Origin: PVC group bacterium
GTDB taxonomy: Bacteria > GCA-001730085 > JADFSZ01
NCBI GenBank assembly: GCA_022560555.1
Contig: JADFSZ010000069.1
Coordinates: 1 to 8,647, forward strand
DNA: 8,647 nucleotides
Direction of reading: 5' to 3'
The position numbers and the translations under genes are program-made. The notes beneath the pieces are model-generated. The model saw nothing but the letters and a program-made list of their open reading frames with translations, had not been told where the DNA came from and ran no database searches. Of the stretch, positions 6,909-8,647 are shown piece by piece; the stretch's first letter is position 1; the number at the start of each line of letters is the position of its first letter.

Positions 6909-7028
6909 TAATGCACAAGCTTATTGGGCAACAAGTTCGGGAGGAACGCTGCTTGACCATTTTCATTTATAACTTATAATTCTTTTACCGTCATAGCCAT
7001 CAACTCATGGACATTTCTACCTTATCTC

Positions 7029-7982
7029 ATGAACTTTTCTGTGATTATTCCTGTTCGAAATGGGGCCGATACCTTGGCCTTGTGCTTGGAGGCCCTCAAC
7101 AAGATCCGGGGCGATAAAACAGAAATCATCGTTGTAGATGATTTAAGCCAAGATGCTTCTGTGGAGATCGCCGAGGGTTTGGGCGTCCGCGTGATTTCTC
7201 TTACGACAAGACACGGATCCGCCGCCGCCAAAAATATCGGGGCCAAAGAGGCCACAGGGGAGATTCTGTTGTTTGTTGACGCGGATGTAGTGGTTCCTAA
7301 AAACACATTTGATCTTATTTTGCAAACCTTTCGTCAAAACCCAGCCATAGCGGCTATTACGGCAAATGTTTCGTTAGAAATCCCTTTCAAGGGGTTTTTC
7401 ACTCAATACAAAAATTGTTATATGCATTTTGTGCTTTCACGGGCCAGCTCTCAGGCGGATTTCTTTTATGGCTCGCTCATCGCGATACGAAGGAAGGAAT
7501 TTATGCTTTTTGACGAAAAAACGCGCGTGGAGGACACAGAGCTCGGTCAGCGTTTGCATAAACAGGGGAAATCCATTTATCTGGACCATCAATTACAAAT
7601 CACTCATTTAAAACAATACTCCCTTATCAGCGCCTTGAAAAATGATTTTTTTGTTCCCTTTTGGTGGAGCCGCACATATCTTTTACATAGCGGAATAAAA
7701 GATGTTGTCCGGAAGAAAACTTTTGCTCATGCGCGTCTCACACAACTCTTCAGTATTTTAGCCGTGTTTTTGACGTGTTTGTTTTTCGTGTTGGCTATGG
7801 AACAACTCGGGAGTTTATTTTTATTGGCTTTTGTCATTTGTAACGCGAGATTTTTCGGATTTCTTATGAGACAAAGAGGCTTTGTGTTTTTTTTAAAAGC
7901 TCTTGTCTGGACCTTTATCGATCAAATTGTGATGGGATTCGGGGTTATGGCAGGGATGATATATTTTAAGGTTAGAAAATAG
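7029..7982 (+). CDS. Family-2 (GT-A fold) glycosyltransferase with C-terminal transmembrane helices (317 aa)
   Basis: The N-terminus carries the GT2 signature (FSVIIPVRNGADTLALCLEAL...EIIVVDDLSQDASVEIA...GSAAAKNIGAKEATGEILLFVDADVVV, with DAD as the DXD motif). The C-terminus is hydrophobic (LTQLFSILAVFLTCLFFVLAM...LFLLAFVICNARFFGFL...LVWTFIDQIVMGFGVMAGMIYF). Size and topology resemble polyprenyl-phosphate glycosyltransferases (GtrB/ArnC/DPM1-like), but the substrate cannot be inferred. Confidence 0.88.
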   Translation: MNFSVIIPVRNGADTLALCLEALNKIRGDKTEIIVVDDLSQDASVEIAEGLGVRVISLTTRHGSAAAKNIGAKEATGEILLFVDADVVVPKNTFDLILQTFRQNPAIAAITANVSLEIPFKGFFTQYKNCYMHFVLSRASSQADFFYGSLIAIRRKEFMLFDEKTRVEDTELGQRLHKQGKSIYLDHQLQITHLKQYSLISALKNDFFVPFWWSRTYLLHSGIKDVVRKKTFAHARLTQLFSILAVFLTCLFFVLAMEQLGSLFLLAFVICNARFFGFLMRQRGFVFFLKALVWTFIDQIVMGFGVMAGMIYFKVRK

Positions 7983-8017
7983 AATTCGAACCCGCGCAGG
8001 GGGTATGATTTCTCTTA

Positions 8018-8647
8018 TTATTTATCAATCATTTGGAGATGCTTTTCGATATCATACTGCCCGGACTCTGACCTTGTTTCCTTAAACACTTGTTTTTTAT
8101 ATCGCATGGTTATTTCAATTTTCTCAATAGCCGTGAGTTTTTCCTCTTCGGATAAGTCAGAATTATTTTTGATTTTTTCGATTTTATTTTGATCCGCTTC
8201 CGTCATCAGACTTGCCATATATTCCATACTTTTATTCCAAAGATCCCTCTGCCGCGCATTAAACTCCCCTGTATGGGCTGATGTGTCCGGCCCCTCATTT
8301 TCTCCATATTCTTTTTTTAGCTTCTCCATGACACTCCCGGCTAGATTCTTAACATCGCTCACATAGTCTTCTTGGGAGATAACAACAATATGTTCCGGAA
8401 TTTCAAATAATGATTCATCAAGTTCGATATTTTCCTGTATTTCCAGGACCTCTGTCAAAAGATACCTGTTCGCAATTCGAATTTCCTCCTTCAGCAAGAG
8501 ATTATTCCAAACCCAATATTTCGAATCTTTCGACTCATAAACATGACAAGAGCGGCCAAAAAAATCATCTTGTACAATCTGTCGGCCAGTGTCAATTTGA
8601 CGGTAGCCTAATCCAAGTTTATAGGTGCTTTCAGCCGGAGTATATGT
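8018..8647 (-). CDS. Hypothetical protein, 5'-truncated by the window edge; possible LolA/DUF4412-like beta domain plus acidic helical C-terminus
   Basis: The ORF-track start at 8497 is a TTG. By my own translation the minus-strand frame stays open all the way to base 8647 (...TYTPAESTYKLGLGYRQIDTGRQIVQDDFFGRSCHVYESKDSKYWVWNNLLLKEEIRIANRYLL...), so the gene continues beyond the window. The motif KYWVW...LLLKEE...VLEI...IELDESLFEIP resembles the C-terminal strands of LolA-like lipoprotein-carrier folds. The last ~100 aa are E/K-rich and helical. The TAA stop lies at 8018-8020. Confidence 0.65.
   Translation of the reverse strand, partial: TYTPAESTYKLGLGYRQIDTGRQIVQDDFFGRSCHVYESKDSKYWVWNNLLLKEEIRIANRYLLTEVLEIQENIELDESLFEIPEHIVVISQEDYVSDVKNLAGSVMEKLKKEYGENEGPDTSAHTGEFNARQRDLWNKSMEYMASLMTEADQNKIEKIKNNSDLSEEEKLTAIEKIEITMRYKKQVFKETRSESGQYDIEKHLQMIDK

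Larger units (their letters stand above)
6582..6958 (+). repeat. Mosaic tandem repeat array: five units starting with ATGCACRAGCT, unit length about 72 nt
   Basis: Unit heads lie at 6641, 6728, 6767, 6840 and 6911, giving unit lengths of 87, 39, 73 and 71 nt plus a terminal partial unit. Subtype A (units 1, 3, 5) reads ATGCACRAGCTWMTTGGGCARCNNKTTCGGGAGRA; units 3 and 5 match at 34 of 35 positions. Subtype B (units 2, 4) reads ATGCACGAGCTTNNNNGGTTCCAGGCTC, matching at 24 of 28. Units 3 and 4 align over their full length at roughly 70% identity by eye. Unit 2 looks like a B unit with an internal deletion between GGCTC and AGCTC. A partial 'unit 0' tail (6582-6640) shares GCCTTAGTTTCCGATGAG with the tails of units 3 and 4. 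Confidence 0.85.
6581..6979 (+). ncRNA. Candidate multi-module structured RNA transcribed through the repeat array (function unknown; 3' end undefined)
   Basis: A strong promoter lies immediately upstream. The array contains a 5' terminal hairpin and four unit hairpins, one of which keeps its structure with a different stem sequence. The repeat units sit in inconsistent reading frames. No intrinsic terminator is seen before the GT2 start at 7029, so this RNA may instead be the 5' leader of that mRNA. Confidence 0.35.

Noticed and set aside
6611-6916. CRISPR array, reading the hairpin-containing ~36-nt segments ending in ATGCAC as repeats
   Set aside because: The would-be repeats are far from identical, and HP2 has a different stem sequence. 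The would-be spacers are homologous to one another (A and B subtypes) and of unequal length (about 33 to 52 nt or more). No cas genes or recognisable leader architecture are present in the window.
6582-6958. CsrB/RsmZ-like CsrA-titrating sponge RNA, based on GGA motifs such as CGGGAGGA
   Set aside because: I count roughly eight GGA trinucleotides in about 380 nt, close to the roughly five expected from base composition. Most are not presented in hairpin loops, and the hairpin loops themselves (TCAAG, CGA, TGGC, ACCAG) lack GGA. I cannot exclude the idea, but the sequence does not support it.
6641-6958. Diversity-generating retroelement template/variable repeat pair
   Set aside because: Differences between the copies are not adenine-specific. 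No reverse transcriptase is nearby, and the repeats do not lie at the 3' end of a target gene.
6728-6979. 83-aa plus-strand ORF (MHELIRFQAHVEIMHKLIGQQFRE...) spanning repeat units 2-5, and the 70-aa minus-strand ORF at 6754-6966 with repeated CCPISLC motifs
   Set aside because: Both ORFs are by-products of a stop-poor nucleotide repeat. Unit 4 (head at 6840) is offset by +1 relative to units 2, 3 and 5, so homologous DNA is read in different frames within the same ORF (MHELIRFQA versus HARAWWVPG). Conservation is therefore at nucleotide level. There is no Shine-Dalgarno sequence, and the two ORFs lie antisense to each other. Only the short per-unit micro-ORFs are kept, as a low-confidence hypothesis.
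7990-8004. Bidirectional intrinsic terminator between the convergent GT2 and minus-strand genes (ACCC-GCGCAGG-GGGT)
   Set aside because: The stem is only about 4 bp with a 7-nt loop and a poor U-tract. That is too weak to call from sequence alone.

Overview
This 8.6-kb window looks like it comes from a diderm bacterium of moderate-to-low GC, possibly uncultivated; the taxon cannot be assigned from sequence alone. Bases 36-6485 form one co-directional, tightly packed envelope operon of six genes. They encode a PilP/GspC-like bitopic protein, a PilQ/GspD-family secretin, a signal-anchored coiled-coil plus TPR protein, a small secreted beta-rich protein, a periplasmic fusion of a SurA-N/PpiD-like chaperone domain to a cyclophilin PPIase, and a secreted protein with an acidic low-complexity tail. 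All six products carry a signal peptide or membrane anchor. No pilin, ATPase or platform gene is visible in the window. The most unusual region is the 543-bp 'intergenic' gap at 6486-7028. It holds a near-consensus sigma70-type promoter (TTGACA-17 nt-TATATT) that fires directly into a mosaic tandem array of about 380 nt. The array has five units that each begin with ATGCACRAGCT. Four strong hairpins separate the units, each followed by an A-rich linker, and one hairpin keeps its structure with a completely different stem sequence. I interpret this as a candidate undescribed multi-module structured RNA. Alternatives are a cluster of MH-initiated micro-ORFs or a long regulatory leader of the downstream gene. 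The array is followed by a membrane-anchored family-2 glycosyltransferase (7029-7982). A convergent gene (8018-8647, minus strand) is truncated by the right edge of the window. All functional calls rest on by-eye motif recognition; no database search was possible.
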